Source of the DNA: Phoronis australis
Taxonomy: Eukaryota; Animalia; Phoronida
Direction: 5' to 3'
DNA length: 64,000 nt
Assembly: GCA_002633005.1 (NCBI GenBank)
Contig: NMRA01000634.1
Location: 174,476-238,475 of the forward strand
The position numbers were made by a program, and so were the translations under genes. Positions 36,854-50,600 of this stretch are shown here, one piece after another. Under the pieces are notes generated by a model that was given only the letters and a program-made list of their open reading frames with translations, ran no database searches and was not told the origin of the DNA. How positions within the stretch are numbered: position 1 is the first letter of the stretch; each line of letters starts with the position of its first letter.

Positions 36854-36966
36854 TTAAAAAGCAGGTGGTTTATCAATGTGCTCCCACGTATAGCATCTGT
36901 TAGCTGTAGAGTCTTCCTTTTTCACTATTGTATCCATTCGCCCATCGAAAAGGCCAAAAATGCCAC
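36854..36966 (-). CDS. Second copy of terminal exon 9 (probable allelic duplicate)
   Basis: [37 protein letters not shown], with K>T and L>F relative to the other copy; adjacent to N36997. Confidence 0.75.
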
Positions 36967-36997
36967 CTGGAACGAAAATGGAACAGATGAAAAAAAN

Positions 36998-37965
36998 TTT
37001 TGCACACATACTTTACATGTTCGTCCCATGATAAATCATTGTCAATCATAACACCCAGATATCTACATTTCTCAGTTCTTGCCAGCTGGGTGTAATGGCA
37101 ATGTTGCTACCAATAGCCATAACCTTGACATTCAGTGTCAGTTTGTTCTCCATAAGCCAAGCATAAACACGAATCATTTCTTCTGCTAAGGTGACATTGA
37201 CTTCATCTATTGACTTGGCAGCAAAGCAGAGGGGTGTGTCATTTGCATACAAACTAATTGTTCATTGTTTCACTGACGAGGGTAAATCATTTACATAGAC
37301 ACAAAATAACAATAGGCCCAGTATCGACCCCTGGGGGACACCACAGGTCACGTAAAGTTGTGTTGATAACATCCCGTTCACAATTGTGACTTGATTCCGA
37401 TTACTTTAATAATTACTGAAGCAGTCGAGTTCGGCGGCGCGTACATCACAGCTAGAAAGTTTTTAACAGTAATCTATTGTGGTTAACAGTATCGGAAGCT
37501 TTCTTCAGGACCAGAAAGATAGCACCAGTAACTTTGCCATTGTCCATATTGTCAAGTAAGTAGTCTGTTATGTCAAGAAGAGAAGTAGCTGTTGAGTATG
37601 CGGGCCGAAAATAGGATTGTTCATCACATACAAGATCGTTTGACTTTAAATAAGAATTCAATTGTGAGTGTACACCTCTTTCAAAAAATTTCATAACAAC
37701 AGGGTCTTTCACTGAAATTGTAGCTGTCTCTGATAAAAAGAGTTACACCCCCATATCCTTCACTCCGATCTTTTCAGCACAGGTTATAGCCGTCAATTGA
37801 TATTTCACCGACGGAGGTCGAACAATTTAGCCGTGCTTCGCTAAAACACAAGACATCCATAGACTTGTCGTGGAGTAGTAAACGAATGTCTTCGATTTTT
37901 GGTAAAAGACTGCATACATTGAGGTGGGCTAGAATTATACCCTTGGCAAACCTCAGTTCATGCAT
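36998..37965 (-). mobile_element. Second (probably allelic) copy of the CR1/L2-group LINE with a 1.2-kb internal deletion
   Basis: Near-identical to 34036-34749 joined directly to 35972-36220. Confidence 0.8.
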
Positions 37966-38584
37966 TGGACTGAAGTCCGTCGGTGTATCACTCGATCACA
38001 GGTGCCGTCTCATTCGGTATACAAGCCATTGAGTTTATCAGTTGTAGTATACGAAATAAAATCATTTCTCACCCAGTGACACAGGCCAGTTAAATGATAT
38101 TATGGTGTCCATAAACTCCAGGAGCGGTTGGATAATTGTGAAAAAACTTTAAAAATTGTAAAGTTCTAGCAATACTCAACTAGTCATTACACCTCTGACA
38201 CCTGTCTATATAAGGAATATTATGCGACCGATTTTATGAGAGTAAAAAGCCAAATTCCATTTTTAGGCTAATTCAGAATTCATTCTTGTGTATTCAGTCT
38301 TAGTCTGCATTTCTCTCCGAGTCGGTAGACAGAAACCCCCCGATCTGTGTCCTTTGTACGTACTGTCGTAGGGAAACAAGAATATTGACCAACACAAACT
38401 TGTCAAATATTTTATACAACGTTGTCTTTCAATACAGGACTATGTCATACTAAGTGTCTTTAATAGAACAGAAATTGGTCATAGAAGCATCTATTCCTTA
38501 GATAAATATTTCTACTCCAAAGATAATCAGTTTGTTCAGTCTCATTTCCGCAATCTTCCTTTGATGTGACATCTCTTTATCGAC

Positions 38585-38697
38585 TTATAAAGCAGGTGGT
38601 TTATCAATGTGCTCCCACGTATAGCACCTGTTAGCTGTAGAGTCTTCCTTTTTCACTATTTTATCCATTCGCCCATCGAAAAGGCCAAAAATGCCAC
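38585..38697 (-). CDS. D-cysteine desulfhydrase-like exon 9 (terminal)
   Basis: ttccag|(G)[36 protein letters not shown]. Confidence 0.9.
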
Positions 38698-41600
38698 CTG
38701 GAACAAGAATGGAACAGATGAAAGAAGTTGTACCACATGGCTAAACGATTATTGACACGTGCTGTTCCACAGCAGTTCACTTTTTCCATTACACCTAAGC
38801 GCGTCCTTCATTCGGCTTCAATGGCCTCCTAGGCAGACCTGCCACCCGTTCAGTAACACAAGACTTCGCAAGATTACGTGAGATATTGCCGTGTATTTTA
38901 AATGAGAACACGTGACTTGGGCTAGATTTTAGCTAGGTCCTAGCGTAGGTCCTGGCGTTACGGAACGCACGCCTCACTGGTGAGGAGGGCGACGACAACG
39001 GCGTGGTGCAAATTATTAGATGTGCAGTTAAGACAAAATAGGAATTTCGACCATTTTAGATGTTATTCTCAATTGAGATTCACCTGATCAAGTGACAGGA
39101 CGTAAAATCGGTAGTCTATGACGTGATTCAAATGTTGACATAGCATCGTCATTTTTATTAAATGACTCCAGAATAAGATCTTAATTTTCTATTAAAAACT
39201 TTCAGCGATTACAAAGTTTACCTGTGTGCAAGAACAGAACTCGCTTCCCTTTGAACCTTCCCGGATTTTTCTCCATCTCTGCAAGCATACCTAGCATGGC
39301 CTTTCCAGTATAACTAGGGTCCAATATTATTCCTGTCTCCCTGGCAACTTTTAGATAGAATTCTAGAAAAAAACGACAATATGAATTCAATGAGCCGTTA
39401 ATTAGACCTTTCCAATGCCGTGCCTACGACTGTATTTTCGATTTAAAAAACAATAAATCAACTTAAAGACGTATTTGCATGCTTCTAACTATGCTAATAT
39501 ATAACATGAACTAAACGACAACGCTATTTGAACATCGTCTACACTGTTTGGACGTTCGCTATTGTTTAAGCGAGCATGTGCAGACAGTCTTCGAGCAGGA
39601 GACTCATGATCCAGTTTGCGATTTAATTTCGTGTAAATGTGACTAAAGTGGAGCAAGCAGCGACAACTGACACGGTGGCAACTGTTTCTCGTGTAAAGGC
39701 GGCTTTAAAATCGAAAGTGATTTGCTTAGCAGGTATCTGAGTAGGAAAAACAGATAAAACGACTGGGCTGTAGTGGTGCAGTAGTCGCAGTGGTGCATGT
39801 ATCTGCTGTCAACGCCAGCTGCCTGCCTTCCTGCCTAATTTTGGTGCTACCTGCCTAGGTGACTCCGTAAAACGGACTGTGAATACATTGTTAGGGAAGA
39901 CAGATGTGTTTTAGCACCAGCAGGCTTACAACTTTGCACTTATTGTTCAGACCATTTCACGTCGCATAGTCGACTTTATAAAACACGTGCAGCATCTCGT
40001 AATGAAGTAGAAATGAGCCCACGATTTTATGGTACCCTATCTTAAATCCCGATCATTAAATCACTGAACACATACATATGTACAAAACTCTTCTTTAGTC
40101 TGAGGTTAATGATAATCCATACCGAGTTCTTTTTCCGTGGCAATGGCATAACCCTCTCCAATGTATCCGTCTATAAGATCAACCAAATCGCTGCTAGTGA
40201 CATCACTTAAACCAACACATTTCAGAACGCCATTGATGTGTTTGTAGTAGTCGGCTGACTGCTTGAGGACGACTATACCGTGTATCCTACAGTGGTACAT
40301 GTTTTACAAGCAATGTGATGATTAAATACAGGTTAACAACAGTTCTGTAAAGTCATATGTATCGCCACCTTGGTAGGAGAGTCTTTTTGATTTAATTCAA
40401 AACTGCAAGGTAACACTCCATTAAAATATGTGATTGCTGNCTGCAAGCATACCTAGCATGGCCTTTCCAGTATAACTAGGGTCTAATATTATTCCTGTCT
40501 CCCTGGCAACTTTTAGATAGAATTCTAGAAAAAAACGACAATATGAATTCAATGAGCCGTTAAGTAGACCTTTCCAATGCCGTGCCTACGACTGTATTTT
40601 CGATTTAAAAAACAATAAATCAACTTAAAGACGTATTTGCATGTTTCTAACTATGCTAATATATAACAGGAACTAAACGACAACGCTATTTGAACATCGT
40701 CTACACTGTTTGGACGTTCGCTATTGTTTAAGCGAGCATGTGCAGACAGTCTTCGAGCAAGAGACTCATGATCCAGTTTGCGATTTAATTTCGTGTAAAT
40801 GTGACTAAAGTGGAGCTAGCAGCGACAACTGACACGGTGACAACTGTTTCTCGTGTAAAGGCGGCTTTAAAATCGAAAGTCATTTGCTTATCAGGTATCT
40901 GAGTAGGAAAAACGAATAAAACGACTGGGCTGTAGTGGTGCAGTAGTCGCAGTGGTGCATGTATCTGCTGTCAACGCCAGCTGCCTGCCTTCCTGCCTAA
41001 TTTTGGTGCTACCTGCCTAGTTGACTCCGTAAGTAGGACTGCGAATACATTGTTAGGGAAGACAGATGTGTTTTAGCACCAGCAGGCGTACAACTTTGCA
41101 CTTATTCTTCAGACCATTTCACGTCGCGTAGTCGACTTTATAAAACACGTGCAACATCTCGTAATGAACTAAGTAGAAATGAGCCCATGATTTTATGGTA
41201 CCCTATCTTAAATCCCGTTCATTAGATCACTGAACACATAAACATGTACACAACTCTTCTTTAGTCGGAGGTTAATGATAATCCATACCAAGTTCTTTTT
41301 CCGTGGCAATGGCATAACCCTCTCCAATGTATCCGTCTATAAGATCAACCAAATCGCTGCTAGTGACATCACATAAACCAACACATTTCAGAACGTCATT
41401 GATGTGTTTGTAGTAGTCGGCTGACTGCTTGAGGACGACTATACCGTGTATCCTACAGTGGTACATGTTTTACAAGCAATGTGATGATTAAATACAGGTT
41501 AACAACAGTTCTGTAAAGTCATATGTATCGCCACCTTGGTAGGAGAGTCTTTTTGATTTAATTCAAAACTGCAAGGTAACACTCCATTAAAATATGTGAT

Positions 41601-44600
41601 TGCTGTACACTACTTATTTAGATATAATTTTCCTGAAGTGGCGGAACAAACTGGAAAACGACAGTTTAAATTTCTAAAAAAACTGATATGTTAGATGACC
41701 AATAAGTTTGTTCATTATCTCTAGGATTTAGTAAAACATTTCTACATAAATAATAGCGACAACAAAGAACTTACTTGAGTTTGGATCCTGTGAGATAATT
41801 CGCAATACTAAGACCACTTGCGGTACCACCGCTCCCACAAGCGAAAAATATGTCGTCAAAATTGTCCAGAACTCCCTTGTTCAAAAAAAAAGAAATCTAT
41901 TACAGTGGAGTTATGCCGATTTCTTGATTATGACATGAAAAACGAAGTTCAAATCTGGACACAATGTTTCCTTCAACTCTACACAATGTATTACATCCAA
42001 CAGTTTGGAAATTTACACCATGGCTACGGTCTTGACAAGATTCTCTATACAGTTGACGCAATGGCTTCGTTGATTCGAAAGTAAAATGTGGGTCTTAAAT
42101 AAAGCATGCACTACACTAAAACACCACAAGAGACTCTATAGCTGTCCTTCTCTTTTAAAAATAAGTGTCAGGATTTTGATTGCTTTAGTACCAGCACAGT
42201 TATTGCGCGGCCGCATCAAGACACACGCGGTGTAAATAAAGAGATATGTTGTACTATACTCAATAAAGACACCAGCATTCAAAAATAATTTCAAATGTGC
42301 ATGCGCATTGCATGCGGGAAATTACTGATTGGCTGGTCGAATTCTCAACAGGCAGCGCTTTACGCAAACTGATGGAGGAAGTGTAAATTTGGTCAGCTCT
42401 ACAGACAAATCGGTGGTTAAAATTCATGATCAAGAAATGTGAATCCCAGAAAATTGTGGTTGCGTCTTTTCGGGAGCATCTTTCTACTGTCGCTGACTGT
42501 TATTTACGTTGCTGTCCTGTATTCTTACAGTATGAATAACACATCGGTTAAATCGGCCAGATATGTGTTTATTTTACATGTATTTGCTTCAAGCACGCGA
42601 CTATTAAACATTACTGCAGAAACAAAATAGTTACTGCTACACCCCTTGCATGACAAGGCTAGAAATCGTTCATAGTTCGCCATTTTCTCACTTTGTTGTA
42701 AAGCTAACCAATGACTGTCGAGGTTACATGAACCAATGATAAATCGCGTACTACTGCGTGCTACTTGCGTGCTGCACGCAGGGAACCAGCGAGTAAGTGA
42801 TACCTGCGTGCTGGCTACCACCTCAGTAGCGGCACCCAGGGAACCAGCGAGATTGACCTATCGCCAGGATTACGACTGACGAATTAACTGACCAGTCACA
42901 ACGCAGCATTCTTGACAAACCTTCGTCTGCGTTTCCAATCCGCCATTTTACCCGACAAACAGTACGATGTCGTGTAAAACATATTTTGGTCTACAGCTCA
43001 AGAAATTGCGTGATAAGAGTGATGATACCGTGTTGATATGGCGTGTGTAATTCTGGCAGACGTTATGCAGCTTGAGAAGAATATCCCGTCATTTTTTGGG
43101 CATCTCCTAAGCCGAAAAGTGATGTCGAAAGGTTTAAACTACGGTATCAAACTGTACGAACGGCCACGTACACGAGCAGCTGAGCTTGGCACTGTTGCGT
43201 GATTACTCGAAGGTTAAACACAAATATATTTGTTCCAAGATACACACTTTTCAGTTTGGTGGCTATAGTGTAGTCTTATCTGATTTTGACTCCGGAGTTT
43301 CCACTAGTCTGGCCGCCTTTGTCTCGGCGCCTGCTGGATCTCAGCACTATACTGTAGTCCATCGATAGTCCCTGGAAATTGTTTTTCACTTATTACGATC
43401 AATAGACATCGTTTGTTTCGTAGCAGAGGTACATTTTTGTCATTCGCATACCCGTAAGCTGGCGTTCAACTGAACTTTTTCCCAAAATTGAGAGATTCGA
43501 TCGGCACAGGGAGGGGCACTGATTACTGAGCTCAAAGCCTTGTTCGAGCTGTTGTCACGAAAAAATAAACAATTGAATTACTTTTTGATGAGAATCTCTA
43601 GTATACCCACATCATAAACGTAGGATTTTTTGCTGAAAAGCATCGCCTGTTGTCTTTGTCGAAGCGTTTTCGGATAGTGCAATAACAGTCATCGAGTGTA
43701 TTTGCCTCTGACATCTTGTTTGTTTGTAGGGTGTCACGTGACTTTTTGCGAGGGGGCAGAGCTTGCGATAGGTCAATTGACCACGTGCTTGAAGCACATA
43801 CATAAACAATAAGCACATATATGGCCGATTTAACCGATGTGTTATTCATATTGTACGACAGCAACGTTAACAAAAGTCAGCGACAGTAGAAAGATGCACT
43901 CCCAAAGGACGCAACCACAATTTTCTGGGATTCACATTTCTTAAACATGAATTTTAAGCGCCCTGTCTGTACAGTCCACATTTACACTTCCTCCATCAGT
44001 CATGCCAGTTTGTTTGCGTAAAGCGCTGCCTGTTGAGAATTCGACCAGCCAATCAGAAACGCCGGTGTAAAAAATTTCCCTGGGAAAATTAAGTGCTGCC
44101 TGCGGGCTGGCTACCACCTAGCGGCACGCAGGGAACCAGCGAGAATTGTGCTCGTCACGTAAATAGTTCAACGAGCTAGCTGTTCTACTAAACTTACGGG
44201 AGAGAGTACGTTAGCGTGAATGTCGCATTTTTATTATTTGCTTTCTGTTATATATTCGTTTACAATATACTCCTTGTATTGCTGAGATACATTTTTCGTT
44301 AACAGTTTGTTTTTTCAAACTGCATTTACTCGAACTCTCCCCAAAAAATCTGCCATTCACTGAAAAGCAGACCAGATGATTACACTTTGCCGGGAACGAC
44401 TGTTGCAACGTTAGTAAGTCTTTGATTTGATTTGGTAGCGTTGTTTTTCTTCTGTTTTTGGCTTTCAAACTTGCTGAATCGACTCTCTTAATTGCAAAAA
44501 CCAGGGAAAAGACATCCGAGCTCACGGCCCGACTCGTTGGTCCTGCAAGTAAGCACTTGTTCTATGTTCAGATCGAATCGAGCTTGTATAGATGGGTCGA

Positions 44601-47600
44601 GGGAGTCGCGGGTCGTGGGGTGTGGGGGTTGAGGGTGTTTTAGAACAATCCTTGATAACGAAATACACACAACTCTACAGGGTATGTTGTAGTTTATAGA
44701 AATGTTATGCATTATTCGTTTTTGTGTTTCTTCGCGTTGCATAACGTAATTTGCAATTGAAGAATTCTCGGCAAATGGAAATTCCCATTGAAAATGGATA
44801 AGTTACTTTTAAAAGAAAACTTCCTCATGGAAAATATTTACTGTGCACCACTTGTTCCTCAAGGGTGATAAAAACTGGTTGACTTCGATCTTCCTCAAAA
44901 TTCCCCTGTTGCACAATTTTCTCGGACATCATTTCTTAATTGGTTAACATACCTGGCCGACGAGTTCATTGAAAACGTTCAAGTAACCGAACATTCCAAC
45001 TTCATTGGATCCCCCGACTGGAATAGGGTAACATTTCTCGCCACTTTTATTCCTACAAGATAACGATACTATAACAGGTCATAAAATTTTGGAGGGAAAA
45101 CAGACACTTTTGTTCTTCCTCTCTGCCCAGTTTTTGTTAGAAAAAAATTAATACAAGAATTGGAGAAATGTTTTCTCCGTTATCATTTCTAAACAAGAGC
45201 TAATCGCTGCTGTAGTAATATCTAAAATAGTTACAATACGGACAAGAAATGGAAGCATGATAAACAAGTACACAACTGACAAAATGGGATTAATTATGAA
45301 ATCAGAGTGGGTTGATAGCACTATGCGGTTTCGCTTCTATTTAACTTAGAAGGGACGTACGAGTTTCCTAGCGATAACGGCAACCACACAAACGCGCATT
45401 ACTATATGCGGCTTGAGATCGAAACTTTGAAAACTTACTTGATTTGACCCGCAAGTGAGTCCATCCGAGGTTTTATATCCTGATCGAACTCAGATGTCTT
45501 GGGAACAGCGTATACATACGCACCTGCCATCCTATCAAGTAACAAATTACCACGATGACTGAGATCGTGAGCGTCCTGAAATTACAAATGCGCGGATAGA
45601 GAATAGAGATATCGTTTGCTGCAGTTAATTTTCAAACTTCTCATCACGCCAAATGTAAATCTCAACAAGAAAGTAAAATATCTGAATTTAAGCAGCGCGT
45701 TGATGGTTCTGAAATACAGCAATGCTGTGTCTACAATTTAATCACCGAAATCACTGAAATTGGTAAATTTATCAGCCATAGAACACACGTATACGAAACA
45801 ACAACACTTTTTTAAACGCAGGGCTGATTTTAAAAAGGTCGCTCTTATGTTTAATGGCCTGCTGAATTTTTAACGATAATAAGTAATGATTACATGGTGA
45901 TTTCAACCAATGCTCGTTCTGTCCCTTGCAAATGCACCATTGACGTCTCACTTATGCTATAAACGCAGGATTAAGCTAAAAATCCATGATCACTGTGTCA
46001 CAGAATGGAAATTATGGCGGTTGATGGGTGATCTCAATGTAGCGGGTAGTATTAGCTTGCAATACATTATTCTGACTTAAAAGTCTTATAAAAACGTGTT
46101 TCAGGTTTGGAGCAAAGCAAATCAATCCAAGCCATTTCCTCTTTTTGAAATATGCATAACCATAATCAAAAGTTTTGCAATAAATGCACCATCATTTGAA
46201 CCTGTGACAATATATGTTAGATAGATGAGCAGCAGTTATGTATGTTACAATCATAAGTAAATAAACGTTCTGCAACTCTTGTTTTAATTTCACAGCCGGG
46301 TTTAGTATCCTTTTAACTATCACTAGTGCTATGTTGATACCAATAAGTCGTAATTACCGCCGCATGTGATAGCAGAAATAGGTGGCAACTAAGTTTCAGT
46401 TGCGCCGCAGCAATAGCTGTTGCCCTGCAGTGATTAGACTGTTCGCCACCCGTGGTCATCACGTGAGTACACCCCTTTTGAATGGCGTCTGCGAGCAAAA
46501 ATTCTAGTTTCCTGACCTGAAAATGTAGACCAAAATAGCAACAAGTGACAATTGGAGGAATTAATATCTGTAACCTCGTTTGATTACGATATTATCAATT
46601 TACATGTACGTAGTCACAACAGCATGTTGGGCTCAAGGTTACTTTTACGCTTATGGGCATTCTTCATCAATATGTGTGATATACTCGAGTCTCGACTAGA
46701 TGGCGGGATTAAGACTAAAGTACCTTATTTCCAGACATCGAGCTTCCCGTCAAATCATCCCTCTTTATGGAAACGGAGAAACCGCCGGGTAAATTGTCGT
46801 ACCATGAGTGAATTGGTGTATCGGCAATGGCTAACTGGAAAGAGACGAGAATGAGGATTATTGTAACACAAGTTGCAGGCAAGCGTTTTAACTGACCAAA
46901 GGCAGAGTTCAAGACGAGGTTACGCCACTCCCAATTCAATTTATCCAATAACTATTTGGGCAAGTTTTTTTCTCGTAATCACGACTTTTTTGCATAAAAT
47001 TTTCTTTTTAAATATGTTTACTTTCAAAAAAATTTTTATTTTTTATTTTAAAAGCAAAAATGTATTTAAACTTGTTTTATGTCAGATTTTCTTTTTAAAC
47101 GTCTTTTAACTTCGAAATAATTTCATTTTAATGTTAGTTTTTCTTGGCAGAAATGAGCTACCATAGACTTTGCAACTGGCGAAAGTAAAGTATTTGAATG
47201 CTACGATTTGGCCAAGAACAGGACCGCCAGTATTTATCCTTGCAAAAGCACCCATATGCGTAACTAGGGAAGGGTTTGGGATGTGGTGCTCATAATTATT
47301 ATCGAATTAGGAGAGAAAATTGTCGATTCACTAAGGTAAATATGTGATTTTCACTCAAGACTACCCTATATGTAGGAAAAGACGGCAGGCCCTCCATCCC
47401 TCGAAATTGGGACCGAGTATCGCCGGGCTCATTCACTCTCAAAACTATTTTAAAATAACGCAAAATTACCCTCATCAGGTCAAAAAATTTCCCTCTGAAC
47501 GATAAAAAATTCCCCTCATGGTTTTAACGTCACAGTCTTTGAAATATCGTATTCAAACCTACTGATTTTAAACCCGAGGCAGTCAGACACCGGAAGTGTC

Positions 47601-50600
47601 ACAAATTGGTTTTCCTTTAAGCAAGTGTCACATGCAGTAGCGCTACACTGAACCAGGCGTGCGTTCAGTAACGCTAGAACTTACGATAGGACCTAGCTAA
47701 AATCTAGCCAAGGTCACGTGATCTCATTTGCCATGCGTTTTCACATGATCTTGCGAAGTTTTGCATTTTAGCGAGGTCCTAGCGTTATTGAACGGGGGGG
47801 GACAGTTTTGCGTTATTTCACTCTTTCACATTGAAAACATAAAACTAAAGGCTAACTTCCATTTGTCTGCGGCTCAATGGAACTCAAATAAGTTCTTTTT
47901 GAGAAGAATTACGAAAGCCTATGCGACGAATCATAGAAACATACAGGAACCAGTGGCGGATTTAGACGGGGGCCATGGCTCCCCTAAAATTCTCCCAGAT
48001 TCTATTTGGCAGTTCGGGGGTGCGAATGGCTGCTTGGCAAAATCCTGGGTAATACCCTGCCCTGCCCCCCCCCCTAACTAAAAATCCTGGATCCGCCCCT
48101 GGGAACGTGTCTTTTTGCTGATGATCTTGCTGTGCACTCCTCTCAGAAGCAAATCACATTCGAACAGGATTTTTAACTAACACTGTGGTCAACATAACTG
48201 TCACTCACAGTTAAGCATAGCTATTCTTGTTATTGACTGAGGTGGAAGAAGGACTGAATGGTCAAATTTTAGGATGTTATGAGAAATTAAAACATTCTTT
48301 AGCTGAAACCCGTCAATACTGTGCCAGCAAGGTGGGTTCTGTGGTACAAGATTGGGGTCCGTTCCTACAAACATTGCTACTAACTCACTTTGTCTTCAAG
48401 GTGTTAGTAGTGCTAGCATATTTAGTTCATATTCTTCAAAGTTATTTTCCCCGGTGGATATTTACTAACAATTCCATTTTTCTATGCTTGTGCGAAAATG
48501 AACCATAGTCTTGGTATTGCCTTCATAAGCCAATCAGTGTCACAAGGGTATTACATTGAATGTGGACGCCAAAAGCCTACCTAAGTCGATGTACCGGTGT
48601 CGTTCATGTGACTGTAGGTCGTCTTCACTTCCATATTTTACAAATAAATGGTGGATATAACAGCGACTTACTTTTTATTGTTTAAGGAGTATTGTCATAA
48701 AAAGCAGTGCTGGTGCAGCACTGAAGCTGAACATCACAAAACTCCACTATAAGTAAAAAACGACGCAAAAATTCCCCTCCTAGTAAAGAACACCGCGGAA
48801 ACCCTTTTAGAAGGCACAGGCCCATTTCCCCTTAGGTGAGTTAGGGCCGTGGACGGTCTCTTACAGGTGCTACTTTCTAGGGCATAGCAAAGGGCAGCGA
48901 CTAGGATGGGTAAGTGGGGACTGAAATAGCCAAGGTAACTGAAGATGACTGTTGATTTAGAGAAAGGGAAGTGTGGCGATTCGTTCAATCCTCAAATTTA
49001 ATAAATCTAGTTTCGCCCCTGGTAGATCCGTGCCTTGTGTTCAATTCGCGCAAGTGATCGTTGGTGAATATATTCTTTAAGTAAACACGACTACATGCAC
49101 TGGAATAAATTAATGTTTCTGAAATCAAACCGGTGCGAAAAATGGTGATCATAAACCGCCGGAATGGCATTCCACCTATCCATTAGTGCCGGATTATGAC
49201 CTCGCTTTCGAGATGTGGTCCTGGAAGTTTGAGAGGCCCACACCCAGTCGCCAACATTATTTTGTGGTAGCCTTCACGTTTATAACACTTGTAATGGATT
49301 ATCCTGCTCATCTGTACTCGGTCAAATTCAATAGCCCGGACAACGGTGACTGTGGACAATTCTGACCGTTCCCTCGCTATAAAGTAGGGAAAAAGTGCAT
49401 CTTGTCGGTATCAATCATAACATATAACTAGTTTACAGCTCAGCGTGTCATAAAAAATAGGTCAAATTCGCATGCTACTTTACCTGCGATTACGCGTGGT
49501 CACTGGGTGTGAAACTTTATCGGACCTTGCGATTATCTTTGGCAAAAGCATGAGAGTATGTAGCTGCAGACGAGCGACCTGTTTAAGGCAGGTCGATACA
49601 AAAAAATATTTTTGATTACATTTTACATTTTTATGTTAACCTAAACATTAATTCTTGATGTATAGTATAGGGAAAATAAAATTATTCTGAAAATCCAAAG
49701 TTGTTTTTTATTAAATTATATTTGATCAATCTTCAGTAAGTCGTATGGCTTGACTGCTCACCAGCTCAATGACTGACAAGTGGGGCGGAGCTTCTACAAT
49801 GACACAAGCTCTAATCTAATCGGTAACCGGACAATCGAGAGTGCTGTACCAGCTGATATTGCTGTTGTAGTGAGACTTTAAATAAAATAACCATATTTAG
49901 GACGATGTGGAAGTTAGTGGTGAAATGGTGAATTCCTGTTCCGGACCTGAGCTTGTTTGTTCGTCTGCAAAAAATCAAGTTGGTTGTGCCAAGTCCTACC
50001 GAAGTCGTTCCTCGAGACGCAGAAATCTCCGTTGGCAACAGAATCTCTGGAACTGAACTCGGCTTGTGCAAGAAGTCGGAAAGATGCGGTGTGAGAAGAC
50101 ACTGTGCGTCGACGTGGGTGGTGTTGCATGATGCGATGAGTGCACGCACGCGCTGTCAAGACATGCCGCGTGCGCGAGACATGGACAGCTATATGGCGTC
50201 AGAGTAGAAAGTTTTTCGAGATGAACCGTGTTTCTGTGCTAGGTCGCGGGAGAAACTAGGCTGCCAAACTCAGCGGATTTTTTAACTTGCCGCCAGCCGT
50301 AACTCAAACAATTAGAGAAATAACCCAGTGCTCAACATTACAAAATTACTCCAGTGCATCGCCGGATTCAAACGTATCCCTGGATTAAAACTCTTATTGT
50401 TATACGATTGTAGTAGAAACCAAGATATGAAACTTTGGTAACTTCTGAGAATCTCACCCAAGCGACGCTACTTGCGCAGAAAGTGAATGTTGGCTATGCA
50501 TGTACGTGAAAGTGTTGAACCATTACGATGAAAGTAGTTCTTTATCCTCGTCGCCATTATTGTTATGTAGATAGTAACGCAGTGATTTGTTATAACACAT

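Larger units (their letters stand above)
34036..38722. other. Tandem copies joined at N36997 (probable uncollapsed haplotypes)
   Basis: 34036-36996 versus 36998-38722; the second copy lacks 1.2 kb. Confidence 0.8.
39279..41605. other. Tandem 1.16-kb copies joined at N40440 (probable uncollapsed haplotypes)
   Basis: 39279-40439 versus 40441-41605. Confidence 0.82.

Noticed and set aside
40123-41452. Mutually exclusive or tandemly duplicated exon 7
   Set aside because: The introns are as similar as the exons and the junction is a single N that cuts exon 8; the same pattern occurs at every N in the window.
49140-49320. Possible Penelope GIY-YIG tail ([18 protein letters not shown], minus strand)
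   Set aside because: Only one short, loosely matching peptide.
49463-49531. Possible alternative first exon [22 protein letters not shown] (minus strand) for the enzyme gene
   Set aside because: It ends in phase 2, incompatible with the phase-0 exon 2, and the conserved PPEWA first exon is at 52073-51987.
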